From: Eledone cirrhosa
Taxonomy: Eukaryota
Assembly (NCBI GenBank): GCA_964016885.1
Contig: OZ024745.1
Location: forward strand, 134,602,001-134,666,000
Length of the DNA: 64,000 bases
Direction: 5' to 3'
The notes below the pieces were generated by a model that worked only from the letters and a program-made list of their open reading frames with translations, searched no databases and was not told the origin of the DNA. Made by a program: the position numbers and the translations under genes. Shown in pieces: positions 39,009 to 52,700 of the stretch. Position 1 is the stretch's first letter. Every line of letters begins with the position of its first letter.

Positions 39009-40200
39009 CACTCTTTACTGTTTCAAGGATACTATGGACTTTAAAAAATAATTTTTAAATGTTTTGTTCGCAACTATTTTGTTAAAGTTTACGAACGTCT
39101 TTGATGTACACCTTGGCGACTATACACCTACACAGCTCTTATGCTGATAACATTTTGGACCACTACTACGCCTTCACGACTTGCAACAAATGCTTCACCT
39201 TTTCCTGTCGCATCAGTTTCGGCCAGCGCCACTTCGATAAACGAAGCAACACTAAAGGCCATCCTTGACCTTACGAAGGAGGTACAACTTCTTCGTTTAT
39301 CCAGATCGAGATCTCCCCGGGAATGGTTCGAATTATTCACGTCGTCGTTTCTAACCTTCACCATCGCGAGCATGCTTTTACCATAACCGTTTCGGAGCCT
39401 CTGCTCATAAATGTATCTCCAACGAAGTAACAGAGAATTAAGCACGACGTCTTCTCCGTAATTCAGTACTGAAAGTCGTGCATTTTTCATTACGGATTCC
39501 TTCTCGCACGCACGCTGCCTCATCGACACAGGTGCGTCTTGCAGCATTTGGCCGTTAACACTCTTGAAAGAAAAACCTCCTCTCTCACACATATCACTAC
39601 AAGCTATAAATCATTCAGCTATCCCTACGTATGGACAAATCTCTCGCTCTTTGGACCTGGATTTACGTAGAGATTTCTCATGGATTTTGACCATAGCTGA
39701 TTAGGACTACCAGTTACCACCCTGCATCTAATGCTACTCAGGACTCTACACTATATGTGACCCGTTTGCGTGCGTATTTTCAAGTCCTGCCTCATATGAA
39801 AACTAGGCAACAAACCTTTAAATCTTCTGTTCCGAGGGACTTTCCTCGTGGACCCATGTTTTTGTCAGAAATGACGCAGTGAGAAGTCCTCTCACTCCAC
39901 CTTATTCTGGACCCTATCGTGTACTTGCACGTAGAGATAAACATTTCACCTTTGACTTTAATGGACATAAAGACACACTCTATTGACAGACTAAAGCGGG
40001 CCTACACAGATGCTCTCACACCAGAGCCTCATACTCCCCTCTGCTACAATGTGTCAATACAAGCACCACCGCAAACACCACAATCACATTCAAACACTCC
40101 TTTACTTTCAACATACATCAAACTGACCAATTGGAAGTTGCGTATGACAGACCGAACTGACTTAGAGATGATACAAACGCGCGAAAATTTATTGTAAAAT
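38690..40200 (+). mobile_element. Internally deleted Gypsy LTR retrotransposon (CsRn1-like)
   Basis: PBS-like TGGTGACC at 38843 and gag motifs LGDYTPTQLL and ADNIL. Protease LIDTGASCSIWP..IPTYG..DLRRDFSW..IAD at about 39480-39700. Integrase GPY/F end THVFVRNDAVRSPLTPPYSGPYRV..SIDRLKRAY at about 39850-40005. An LTR-like match TCAAACTGACCAAT.GG..GTTGCGTATGA occurs at about 38715 and 40118. Confidence 0.8.
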
Positions 40201-40860
40201 GACTCCTACAATCCTTTTCGACAAATAAAATTATATTTATAGAGGAGTGAGCATTGAAGAGCTATTTATTTATATCCTGGAAGTCAGAAGCATTTACTAC
40301 CGATAAGAAGCTACCAACTCTTCGATTAAGGTATTTCAATTATATCACTTATAACTAATATCCTTCGAAGACCTATAACAACAATGTAAAATCATATAGA
40401 TAATATTTAGCCCCTCATCCTTATCTATAAATGTATCATTTATCACATAAGACAGTGTAACACAATCTTCGTTCAACTAATGTGTATATTGTCAATTGCG
40501 ATTTTATTTGACGTATCTACATGTATATACTTGCGTATAATATCAATATACACACTACACATGCTAGCAGAAAACCACCCGTTGTATATATATATATATA
40601 GCGTAGAGTGTAGCTAGTGTATGTATGTATATATAAGTATATATGTATGTATATATAAGTATATATGTATGTATATATAAGTATGTATGTATATATATAA
40701 GTGTGTGTGTAAAAATGTCAATAATGACCTTTTTTTTTTTTGACAAAAATCTTGAATTTAAGTTGTCATGTTTACCTTAATTAACATTTTAAAAGAAAAG
40801 TTGGTTATTTTGACACACACGCCCCTCCCCAAACTAAAAACAAGACATAAAAATTTAAAT

Positions 40861-41650
40861 TTAAGTTTTAATTGTAAAAGTAACATTATCATATTTTAGC
40901 TCCTTGAGTTCCTTAAGTGCGTATTTCAGCTCGTATTCCCCATTTTCTAAACACAATGCTTTTGCAAGCGAATCTTCACTCATTGAATTCTGTATTCGTA
41001 GACCTGACTTTTCCCAGCAATTTACAATTGTCTCTTTTACAACCGAATCCCATGCCTGGACTGACCAAAAATACCATGCAATAACTGTTTTTACTTTTGC
41101 CAGCAATTATTCCAGTGCATCACTGGTACTTTATTTATCGACCCTATAAGGATGAAAGGCCAAGTTGAACTCGGAAAATAAAGGGGCGTAACTCATGACG
41201 TTCCTTTTAAATTGACACTTTCACATCTTTATTAACCAACTTTATTAATAAAAATCGTATTGTAGTTGCATTTGAATGACCAAATTATTCCTTGGTCTAA
41301 AGGTTGTAATTTTGTAGTTGTGTTCGAGGGTAGGAAACAAAAGTTTTATATTTTAAAAGCTTTGTTTGTGGCATGCTGCATTATCAAGGAGCAATAATAC
41401 TTTTCTCTCATGTTTAAAAAATTCGTAATTGATTTCTTTTAGGTAAAATGAAAATATATTGTCATCCATCCGTAATGTTCTTTTTATAATAAAATTCCTG
41501 TTTAGAAATGTCAATATTCTTGAAACAACGAGGTTTAAGGCTTTTTTCAGTAAAAAGGGGTTTAAACTTTTCACCAGTTGCACTACATGTGAATAGTACT
41601 GTAATTCTCTTTTGATTCCTCTAATTTTGTATTATCATCGTTAAGAAAAA
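40861..41650 (-). mobile_element. Tigger/pogo (DDE_1) transposase remnant interrupted by a SINE fragment
   Basis: RITVLFTCSATGEK..KPRCFKN, VLLLLDNAACH, FLPSNTTTKLQPLDQGII, AWDSV.KETIVNCWEKSG. Confidence 0.88.
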
Positions 41651-42324
41651 CATAACTTTTAGTCCCTCTCCTTATTCCTACCCTTTATGTCTCATCCTCG
41701 AATCCATATTCTCAGTCCCTGTCTCCTATTCCTTATCTCTCTATCTCTTACTTTTTATTATTTATTTAATCCTTTGATATTTTATTATACAACTTGCCTT
41801 TTTATTTTGCTGATTTATAAACTCAAAACATATATCGTATTCCTTTTCATGTCATCACTATTTTACACATCCACTTACTCACCACTATAACTTCTACTAC
41901 TACTATTATCAGAAACCGTATTTTGTACTTATTTTTTACATCGTCATTCTTTCTTCTTTATACTTTTATTATTGTTTATCTTTTATTATTGATGTTTTCG
42001 TTTTTATTCACTCGATTCCCTGATGTATCTATAAATGCTATTGTCATGTGTTACACCCTCCAGTATTCCGATGATTTTATCAGAGCCACACACTGTATTT
42101 AAGGTCGAGTGATTAGCGACTTTTAGACTCACCTGTTCAATGAAACAATTGTTAGTACTGTAAATAAAACCCTTTTTATACAGCCGACCATCTTGCTCTT
42201 CATTCTTTCACTACTATTACTCCAAGATCGACCTGCATGGGAATTATTGCAAACTCGCTACCTAAGTAAGGAAACCTCTCACTGGATTACCTAAAACGAT
42301 AACTTGTTATCCCATGTGTATATA

Positions 42325-42888
42325 TCATCATCATCATCATCGTTTAAAGTCTATCTTCCACGCTAGCATGGGTTTAGACGGGAGATGTCCCACTTCAGGC
42401 AAGATTGGTTTTTCTCGCTAGGCAAGATTGGTTTTTCTCGCTCGTATAGGACTGTCTGGCAGGTTTTCTACGGTTGGGTGCCCTTCCTAACACCAACCAA
42501 GTTTAGTGTGGACTGGGAGGTTTTTACCGTGTTACCTACACGGGCACATTACAGCGTGGAGATTTTTTTTTTGTTTTTTTTTTTATTTTGTCGTGACATC
42601 TACACGGCCTCATTTATTTAGGGCTGGATGTTGTGGTACCAACATAACTTTACAGAGAAAGATGTTGGAGGAGAGGGTAGTGGGATGCGGGTGTATTTTT
42701 GGTTAAGAGGTGCCTACTGACGAGGTTTCGCGTTGTACATAGACAAATCAGGTCTTCTGTATTACTGCGTAGTGCCAAAGATCTCTGTCCAGTGACATTG
42801 TCTTGGAGAGATGTATGTAAGGTCGGAATTTATCAGATCTTCCCAGGTTTTTCTGGGTCTGCCTACTCCGTAACTTCATCAATTTTGA
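42325..42888 (-). mobile_element. RTE 3' end (long-3'UTR subfamily)
   Basis: Reverse-complement match to 17090-17620, with a (CAT)n tail at 42325. Confidence 0.85.
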
Positions 42889-42889
42889 T

Positions 42890-45800
42890 ATATATATATA
42901 TATATGTGTATGTATATATTTGTCCTGGGTATGACATTAAACTACATCCAGTGGCAAGGCTCAAGTTCAGGAGGAACTGTGGGGAACGTGGAGTTACCCC
43001 CTTAGTTGTCATAACTCCCAGGTCTGCTCTGGCCTGGTGTAGTAGTACCTGTTGGGGCCCCATTTATAGGTTAAATAATAAGATGACAGATCGGCGTACC
43101 CTATCAAAGGCCTTCTCTAGGTCAACAAAGGCTAAGTATAGTGGCTTATTTTTCTCTAAGAACCTCTCTTGTAATTGTCTCATCAAGAAGAGGGCATCTG
43201 TTGTACTATTCCCAGGCACAAAACCAAACTGCATCTCATCTAGTTTGACCCTTTCTCTAATTAGTTGTGCTAATATCCTTTCTGCCACTTTCATAACCTG
43301 ATCCATCAGTTTTATATCCCTATAATTTCTCCTCTCAAGAGCGTCCCCTTTACTTTTGCACTAGTCTTTGGGTATGACACTGCCATATATAGCCTGATTG
43401 ATGATGTGTGCAACCAGTTTAGTGCCTACGTCCCCTGAGGCCTTCAGCATCTCAGCAACTATCTCCGATGGTCCAGCAGCCTCACCATTTTTCATTTCCT
43501 TAATCGCCTCTTGGACCCTATATTCGTTAATCTCAATAGCTGGTCCCTCTGTCTGATCTACTGAGGGTAATTTCACTCTAACGCTAGTGTTTTGTGTTTT
43601 GCAGGTATGACCAGTAAGAGCGAGGAAGTTATTTCAAAGGATTTTCGTAATTAAACACTTTTTTTACCATTATTTTAAGGTATTATCTCGGGTTTTTTTT
43701 TTTTAAATGGACCTCTTGATAAGACGAAATGACCTGTATAATTTTTTTTCATATTTAGATGGAATAGAAGAAAAAGAAGAGAAATGAAAGCAATGAAATT
43801 AAGTTTTAGAGAAAATACACGCCAACGACAATGGAGGTATGATTTCAGTTTAATCTTAACCTAATGACCACTTTACAGAGTGTACTGGGTGTGTTTTACC
43901 TCGCTATGTTTACTGTAAACCCTAGATAACGAATGCCTTGTTGAGTGTTGTGAATTGTGAACGTGAGGTTGTGTTGTGGGGTTGCTTGGTGAGGTTGCAT
44001 AAGAAGGGTGTTGTGAGTTTGCATTATGATGTAGCTTTGTGAGGCTTTGTTGTGAATTGATAAATATTTGAAAACACACCTCTGTCCCTCAACAGTCAGT
44101 CAGTCATTTTCTACTAAAACTCATTGATGCGAGTCCCTAGCATTGTATCTGTAAGTACATTATGACTATTTTCTCTTGGTGGACTTGACATTCAGAGATA
44201 TTTGTATATATTTTGTTGATGTTGTTTGTTAGTTAGGAAATTGCTTAAAAGCTACTTTGATCACAGCACTTTGTAAAGGCAACATATGTTTAAGATTCTT
44301 TTTTCTTTTATTTTTGTTATTCAGATGACAGAGAAGGCAAAGAAAGGCACAGAAGAAAAGAACAATGACGATTATTATTATTATTATTACTATTATTATT
44401 TGTTTTATTATAATCAAAATATGCTGTTAGTTTGCCTGCTATCCCACTACGTGCTTGCTATCGCACTCGATCTTTTGTGTACGTTTTATATAATTTATGC
44501 CAGTTCCGTTTCTGCATATCGAACATGGCCATTTCCCTGACGGAATTGAGTTTTGTCCTCTTTTCTACTCATCAACACTCATTCGTGACACAAAGTACAG
44601 CGGCATCATTGCGGACAGACTTAATCCCGATTTTCACTAACACACTGCCTTGCAGTACGGAACAGCGCACGTCGTCGAGCAGCCTCCTTGCATGCTAAGT
44701 ACACCTGACGTCTAGCTTCTCTCTTAGCGGCTGTATATTCTTCTCTACTCGCACTAATTTTGCAAGCATTCCATGCTAGTCTTTAGTCTCCAATGGCCCG
44801 ATCTACCGTGCTGTCCCACCACCATGTCACTCTCTGTCTGGTTGGAACTCTGATCCAGCCACAAGTTTCATCAGTAACCTGCAGTAAGGTATCGCATAAG
44901 AAATTCCAGTTATCATCTATGTTGTACGACTCTAAATCGTCTTCTTTTTCATCATACACATATTGAAGGGCTTTCCTAAATTTGTATTTTAGTGAGAGCT
45001 CTTTTAGCTTCCAGACCTTTCTTTTTTCCACACCTTCCTGTATGTCTCATTCAGTCTCTTGCTTAATGAGATATCACTAACGACTAACCTATGCTGTGGG
45101 GTACATTCTTCCCCGGGGTATGCCTTTGTATTTGACACCATCTGCCTGTCCCGCTGCCTAACTAGCAAGAAGTCAATCTGGCTTATGTGCTTGCCTGATT
45201 TGTAGGTTATTAGGTGGTTGGCAGATTTGTGTAAGTTAGTGTTGTAGATGGTTAGTGCAATTGCATCGCAAAATTCAAGAAGTTTCACTGCTTCATTTCT
45301 TAAGCCGTAAGTGTGCCCAACATGTACCTCGGTGTAACCATCGTAGAGCTGTCCAACATGACCATTGAAATCCCCTGCTAGCATAACGATGTCTCCGTCC
45401 TGTCATTGTGGCTGTTTGTAAAAATTGCTTGTAAATGCAGAATTTCTTGTCTTTACCTAGCAGCAGTTTCTTGCTCTCAATTAACCCTAAAACTAACCGT
45501 AACGCTAACAGTAACACTAACCGTAACACTAACTTATGCAGGCCTGGGTAAAGACGAGAAAGATAAAACAAGGAGTGATGCTATTTGAATTTCGTGATGC
45601 AAGTGTTTTAACCATTTGCAAAACCAACTTCCGCAAACCTGCCAACTGCCTAATAACCTACAAATTAGGCAAGCACAGAAGCCGGATTTCTCGGTAGTTA
45701 GGCAGCGAGACAGACAGATGGTGTGAAGTAGCAGGGTGTGCCCCGGGGAGGACTGTTTCCCACAGCGTGGGTTGGTTGTTGGTGATGTCTCGGTGATCCT

Positions 45801-46369
45801 GAGACGGAGTGAGAAGTGCAGGTAAATAGATAGACTGATGCACAGATATCTGGATAGATTGATAGAGAGATAGATATATAGAGAGCATCATTATCATCGT
45901 CTGTTCATCATTTTACGTCCGCTTTTCCCTGCTTGAAAGGGTGGGACAGGTCCTCTTGAGCAAAGCATCTCTTCACTTGTCACGGTCCTTCGTCATCTCC
46001 TTGGTGAGTTTCAGCGATCTGAAGTCGGCTCTCACCACCTCCACCCATGTTTTTCGTGGTCTTCCTCTACTGCGTCTCCCTTCTTTACCCAGCGCTCAAC
46101 CTCCATGCGCATCACATGTCCATACCATCTCAGTCCTCTCTTGCACACCACAACTTATCCCTCTTAAACACAGTTTCTCTCTCAACTCGTTTATGCTTGG
46201 TCGTTCCCGCACATTGACATTGCACATCCAACGGAGCGTGCTTGCTTCATTTCTCTCCAGCCATCGCATACCCTCTGCAGTTGCTGTCCATGTCTCACTA
46301 CCATGCAGGGTCGCACATCTCGCATAGGCATCATGTAACCACACTTTCGTACGCATATATATATTTGTA

Positions 46370-46408
<39 letters not shown>

Positions 46409-49400
46409 ATGTATATATATGTATGTATATATTTGTCCTGGGTATGACATTAAACTACATCCAGTGGCAAGGCTCAAGTTCAGGAGGAACTGTGGGGAAC
46501 ATGGAGTTACCCCCTTAGTTGTCATAACTCCCAGGTCTGCTCTGGCCTGGTGTAGTAGTACCTGTTGGGGCCCCATTTATAGGTTAAATAATAAGATGAC
46601 AGATCGGCGTACCCTATCAAAGGCCTTCTCTAGGTCAACAAAGGCTAAGTATAGTGGCTTATTTTTCTCTAAGAACCTCTCTTGTAATTGTCTCATCAAG
46701 AAGAGGGCATCTGTTGTACTATTCCCAGGCACAAAACCAAACTGCATCTCATCTAGTTTGACCCTTTCTCTAATTAGTTGTGCTAATATCCTTTCTGCCA
46801 CTTTCATAACCTGATCCATCAGTTTTATATCCCTATAATTTCTCCTCTCAAGAGCGTCCCCTTTACTTTTGCACTAGTCTTTGGGTATGACACTGCCATA
46901 TATAGCCTGATTGATGATGTGTGCAACCAGTTTAGTGCCTACGTCCCCTGAGGCCTTCAGCATCTCAGCAACTATCTCCGATGGTCCAGCAGCCTCACCA
47001 TTTTTCATTTCCTTAATCGCCTCTTGGACCCTATATTCGTTAATCTCAATTTTAAATGGACCTCTTGATAAGACGAAATGACCTGTATAATTTTTTTTTC
47101 ATATTTAGATGGAATAGAAGAAAAAGAAGAGAAATGAAAGCAATGAAATTAAGTTTTAGAGAAAATATACGCCAACGACAATGGAGGTATGATTTCAGTT
47201 TAATCTTAACCTAATGACCACTTTACAGAGTGTACTGGGTGTGTCTTACCTCGCTATGTTTACTGTAAACCCTAGATAACGAATGCCTTGTTGAGTGTTG
47301 TGAATTGTGAACGTGAGGTTGTGTTGTGGGGTTGCTTGGTGAGGTTGCATAAGAAGGGTGTTGTGAGTTTGCATTATGATGTAGCTTTGTGAGGCTTTGT
47401 TGTGAATTGATAAATATTTGAAAACACACCTCTGTCCCTCAACAGTCAGTCAGTCATTTTCTACTAAAACTCATTGATGCGAGTCCCTAGCATTGTATCT
47501 GTAAGTACATTATGACTATTTTCTCTTGGTGGACTTGACATTCAAAGATATTTGTATATATTTTGTTGATGTTGTTTGTTAGTTAGGAAATTGCTTAAAA
47601 GCTACTTTGATCACAGCACTTTGTAAAGGCAACATATGTTTAAGATTCTTTTTTTCTTTTATTTTTGTTATTCAGATGACAGAGAAGGCAAAGAAAGGCA
47701 CAGAAGAAAAGAACAATGACGATTATTATTATTATTATTACTATTATTATTTGTTTTATTATAATCAAAATATGCTGTTAGTTTGCCTGCTATCCCACTA
47801 CGTGCCTGCTATCGCACTCGATCTTTTGTGTACGTTTTATATAATTTATGCCAGTTCCGTTTCTGCATATCGAACATGGCCATTTCCCTGACGGAATAGA
47901 GTTTTGTCCTCTTTTCTACTCATCAACACTCATTCGTGACACAAAGTACAGCGGCATCATTGCGGACAGACTTAATCCCGATTTGCACTGACACACTGCC
48001 TTGCAGTACGGAACAGCGCACGTCGTCGAGCAGCCTCCTTGCATGCTAAGTACACCTGACGTCTAGCTTCTCTCTTAGCGGCTGTATATTCTTCTCTACT
48101 CGCACTAATTTTGCAAGCATTCCATGCTAGTCTTTAGTCTCCAATGGCCCGATCTACCGTGCTGTCCCACCACCATGTCACTCTCTCTGTCTGGTTGGAA
48201 CTCTGATCCAGCCACAAGTTTCATCAGTAACCTGCAGTAAGGTATCGCATAAGAAATTCCAGTTATCATCTATGTTGTACGACTCTAAATCGTCTTCTTT
48301 TTCATCATACACATATTGAAGGGCTTTCCTAAATTTGTATTTTAGTGAGAGCTCTTTTAGCTTCCAGACCTTTCTTTTTTCCACACCTTCCTGTATGTCT
48401 CATTCAGTCTCTTGCTTAATGAGATATCACTAACGACTAACCTATGCTGTGGGGTACATTCTTCCCCGGGGTATGCCTTTGCATTTGACACCATCTGCCT
48501 GTCCCGCTGCCTAACTAGCAAGAAGTCAATCTGGCTTATGTGCTTGCCTGATTTGTAGGTTATTAGGTGGTTGGCAGATTTGTGTAAGTTAGTGTTGTAG
48601 ATGGTTAGTGCAATTGCATTGCAAAATTCAAGAAGTTTCACTGCTTCATTTCTTAAGCCGTAAGTGTGCCCAACATGTACCTCAGTGTAACCATCGTAGA
48701 GCTGTCCAACATGACCATTGAAATCCCCTGCTAGCATAACGATGTCTCCGTCCTGTCATTGTGGCTGTTTGTAAAAATTGCTTGTAAATGCAGAATTTCT
48801 TGTCTTTACCTAGCAGCAGTTTCTTGCTCTCAATTAACCCTAAAACTAGTCGTAACGCTAACAGTAACACTAACCGTAACACTAACTTATGCAGGCCTAG
48901 GTAAAGACGAGAAAGATAAAACAAGGAGTGATGCTATTTGAATTTTGTGATGCAAGTGTTTTAACCATTTGCAAAACCAACTTCCGCAAACCTGCCAACT
49001 GCCTAATAACCTACAAATTAGGCAAGCACAGAAGCCGGATTTCTCGGTAGTTAGGCAGCGAGACAGACAGATGGTGTGAAGTACCAGGGTGTGCCCCGGG
49101 GAGGACTGTTTCCCACAGCGTGGGTTGGTTGTTGGTGATGTCTCGGTGATCCTGAGACGGAGTGAGGAGGGTGTTTATAGGTAAATAGATAGACTGATGC
49201 ACAGATATCTGGATAGATTGATAGAGAGATAGATATATAGAGAGCATCATTATCATCGTCTGTTCATCATTTTACGTCCGCTTTTCCCTGCTTGAAAGGG
49301 TGGGACAGGTCCTCTTGAGCAAAGCATCTCTTCACTTGTCACGGTCCTTCGTCATCTCCTTGGTGAGTTTCAGCGATCTGAAGTCGGCTCTCACCACCTC

Positions 49401-49728
49401 CACCCATGTTTTTCGTGGTCTTCCTCTACTGCGTCTCCCTTCTTTACCCAGCGCTCAACCTCCATGCGCATCACATGTCCATACCATCTCAGTCCTCTCT
49501 TGCACACCACAACTTATCCCTCTTAAACACAGTTTCTCTCTCAACTCGTTTATGCTTGGTCGTTCCCGCACATTGACATTGCACATCCAACGGAGCGTGC
49601 TTGCTTCATTTCTCTCCAGCCATCGCATACCCTCTGCAGTTGCTGTCCATGTTTCACTACCATGCAGGGTCGCACATCTCGCATAGGCATCATGTAACCA
49701 CACTTTCGTACGCATATATATATTTGTA

Positions 49729-49769
<41 letters not shown>

Positions 49770-52700
49770 ATGTATATATATGTATGTATATATTTGTCCT
49801 GGGTATGACATTAAACTACATCCAGTGGCAAGGCTCAAGTTCAGGAGGAACTGTGGGGAACATGGAGTTACCCCCTTAGTTGTCATAACTCCCAGGTCTG
49901 CTCTGGCCTGGTGTAGTAGTACCTGTTGGGGCCCCATTTATAGGTTAAATAATAAGATGACAGATCGGCGTACCCTATCAAAGGCCTTCTCTAGGTCAAC
50001 AAAGGCTAAGTATAGTGGCTTATTTTTCTCTAAGAACCTCTCTTGTAATTGTCTCATCAAGAAGAGGGCATCTGTTGTACTATTCCCAGGCACAAAACCA
50101 AACTGCATCTCATCTAGTTTGACCCTTTCTCTAATTAGTTGTGCTAATATCCTTTCTGCCACTTTCATAACCTGATCCATCAGTTTTATATCCCTATAAT
50201 TTCTCCTCTCAAGAGCATCCCCTTTACTTTTGCACTAGTCTTTGGGTATGACACTGCCATATATAGCCTGATTGATGATGTGTGCAACCAGTTTAGTGCC
50301 TACGTCCCCTGAGGCCTTCAGCATCTCAGCAACTATCTCCGATGGTCCAGCAGCCTCACCATTTTTCAATTCCTTAATCGCCTCTTGGACCCTATATTCG
50401 TTAATCTCAATTTTAAATGGACCTCTTGATAAGACGAAATGACCTGTATAATTTTTTTTTCATATTTAGATGGAATAGAAGAAAAAGAAGAGAAATGAAA
50501 GCAATGAAATTAAGTTTTAGAGAAAATATACGCCAACGACAATGGAGGTATGATTTCAGTTTAATCTTAACCTAATGACCACTTTACAGAGTGTACTGGG
50601 TGTGTCTTACCTCGCTATGTTTACTGTAAACCCTAGATAACGAATGCCTTGTTGAGTGTTGTGAATTGTGAACGTGAGGTTGTGTTGTGGGGTTGCTTGG
50701 TGAGGTTGCATAAGAAGGGTGTTGTGAGTTTGCATTATGATGTAGCTTTGTGAGGCTTTGTTGTGAATTGATAAATATTTGAAAACACACCTCTGTCCCT
50801 CAACAGTCAGTCAGTCATTTTCTACTAAAACTCATTGATGCGAGTCCCTAGCATTGTATCTGTAAGTACATTATGACTATTTTCTCTTGGTGGACTTGAC
50901 ATTCAAAGATATTTGTATATATTTTGTTGATGTTGTTTGTTAGTTAGGAAATTGCTTAAAAGCTACTTTGATCACAGCACTTTGTAAAGGCAACATATGT
51001 TTAAGATTCTTTTTTTCTTTTATTTTTGTTATTCAGATGACAGAGAATGCAAAGAAAGGCACAGAAGAAAAGAACAATGACGATTATTATTATTATTATT
51101 ACTATTATTATTTGTTTTATTATAATCAAAATATGCTGTTAGTTTGCCTGCTATCCCACTACGTGCCTGCTATCGCACTCGATCTTTTGTGTACGTTTTA
51201 TATAATTTATGCCAGTTCCGTTTCTGCATATCGAACATGGCCATTTCCCTGACGGAATAGAGTTTTGTCCTCTTTTCTACTCATCAACACTCATTCGTGA
51301 CACAAAGTACAGCGGCATCATTGCGGACAGACTTAATCCCGATTTGCACTGACACACTGCCTTGCAGTACGGAACAGCGCACGTCGTCGAGCAGCCTCCT
51401 TGCATGCTAAGTACACCTGACGTCTAGCTTCTCTCTTAGCGGCTGTATATTCTTCTCTACTCGCACTAATTTTGCAAGCATTCCATGCTAGTCTTTAGTC
51501 TCCAATGGCCCGATCTACCGTGCTGTCCCACCACCATGTCACTCTCTGTCTGGTTGGAACTCTGATCCAGCCACAAGTTTCATCAGTAACCTGCAGTAAG
51601 GTATCGCATAAGAAATTCCAGTTATCATCTATGTTGTACGACTCTAAATCGTCTTCTTTTTCATCATACACATATTGAAGGGCTTTCCTAAATTTGTATT
51701 TTAGTGAGAGCTCTTTTAGCTTCCAGACCTTTCTTTTTTCCACACCTTCCTGTATGTCTCATTCAGTCTCTTGCTTAATGAGATATCACTAACGACTAAC
51801 CTATGCTGTGGGGTACATTCTTCCCCGGGGTATGCCTTTGCATTTGACACCATCTGCCTGTCCCGCTGCCTAACTAGCAAGAAGTCAATCTGGCTTATGT
51901 GCTTGCCTGATTTGTAGGTTATTAGGTGGTTGGCAGATTTGTGTAAGTTAGTGTTGTAGATGGTTAGTGCAATTGCATTGCAAAATTCAAGAAGTTTCAC
52001 TGCTTCATTTCTTAAGCCGTAAGTGTGCCCAACATGTACCTCAGTGTAACCATCGTAGAGCTGTCCAACATGACCATTGAAATCCCCTGCTAGCATAACG
52101 ATGTCTCCGTCCTGTCATTGTGGCTGTTTGTAAAAATTGCTTGTAAATGCAGAATTTCTTGTCTTTACCTAGCAGCAGTTTCTTGCTCTCAATTAACCCT
52201 AAAACTAGCCGTAACGCTAACAGTAACACTAACCGTAACACTAACTTATGCAGGCCTAGGTAAAGACGAGAAAGATAAAACAAGGAGTGATGCTATTTGA
52301 ATTTTGTGATGCAAGTGTTTTAACCATTTGCAAAACCAACTTCCGCAAACCTGCCAACTGCCTAATAACCTACAAATTAGGCAAGCACAGAAGCCGGATT
52401 TCTCGGTAGTTAGGCAGCGAGACAGACAGATGGTGTGAAGTACCAGGGTGTGCCCCGGGGAGGACTGTTTCCCACAGCGTGGGTTGGTTGTTGGTGATGT
52501 CTCGGTGATCCTGAGACGGAGTGAGGAGGGTGTTTATAGGTAAATAGATAGACTGATGCACAGATATCTGGATAGATTGATAGAGAGATAGATATATAGA
52601 GAGCATCATTATCATCGTCTGTTCATCATTTTACGTCCGCTTTTCCCTGCTTGAAAGGGTGGGACAGGTCCTCTTGAGCAAAGCATCTCTTCACTTGTCA

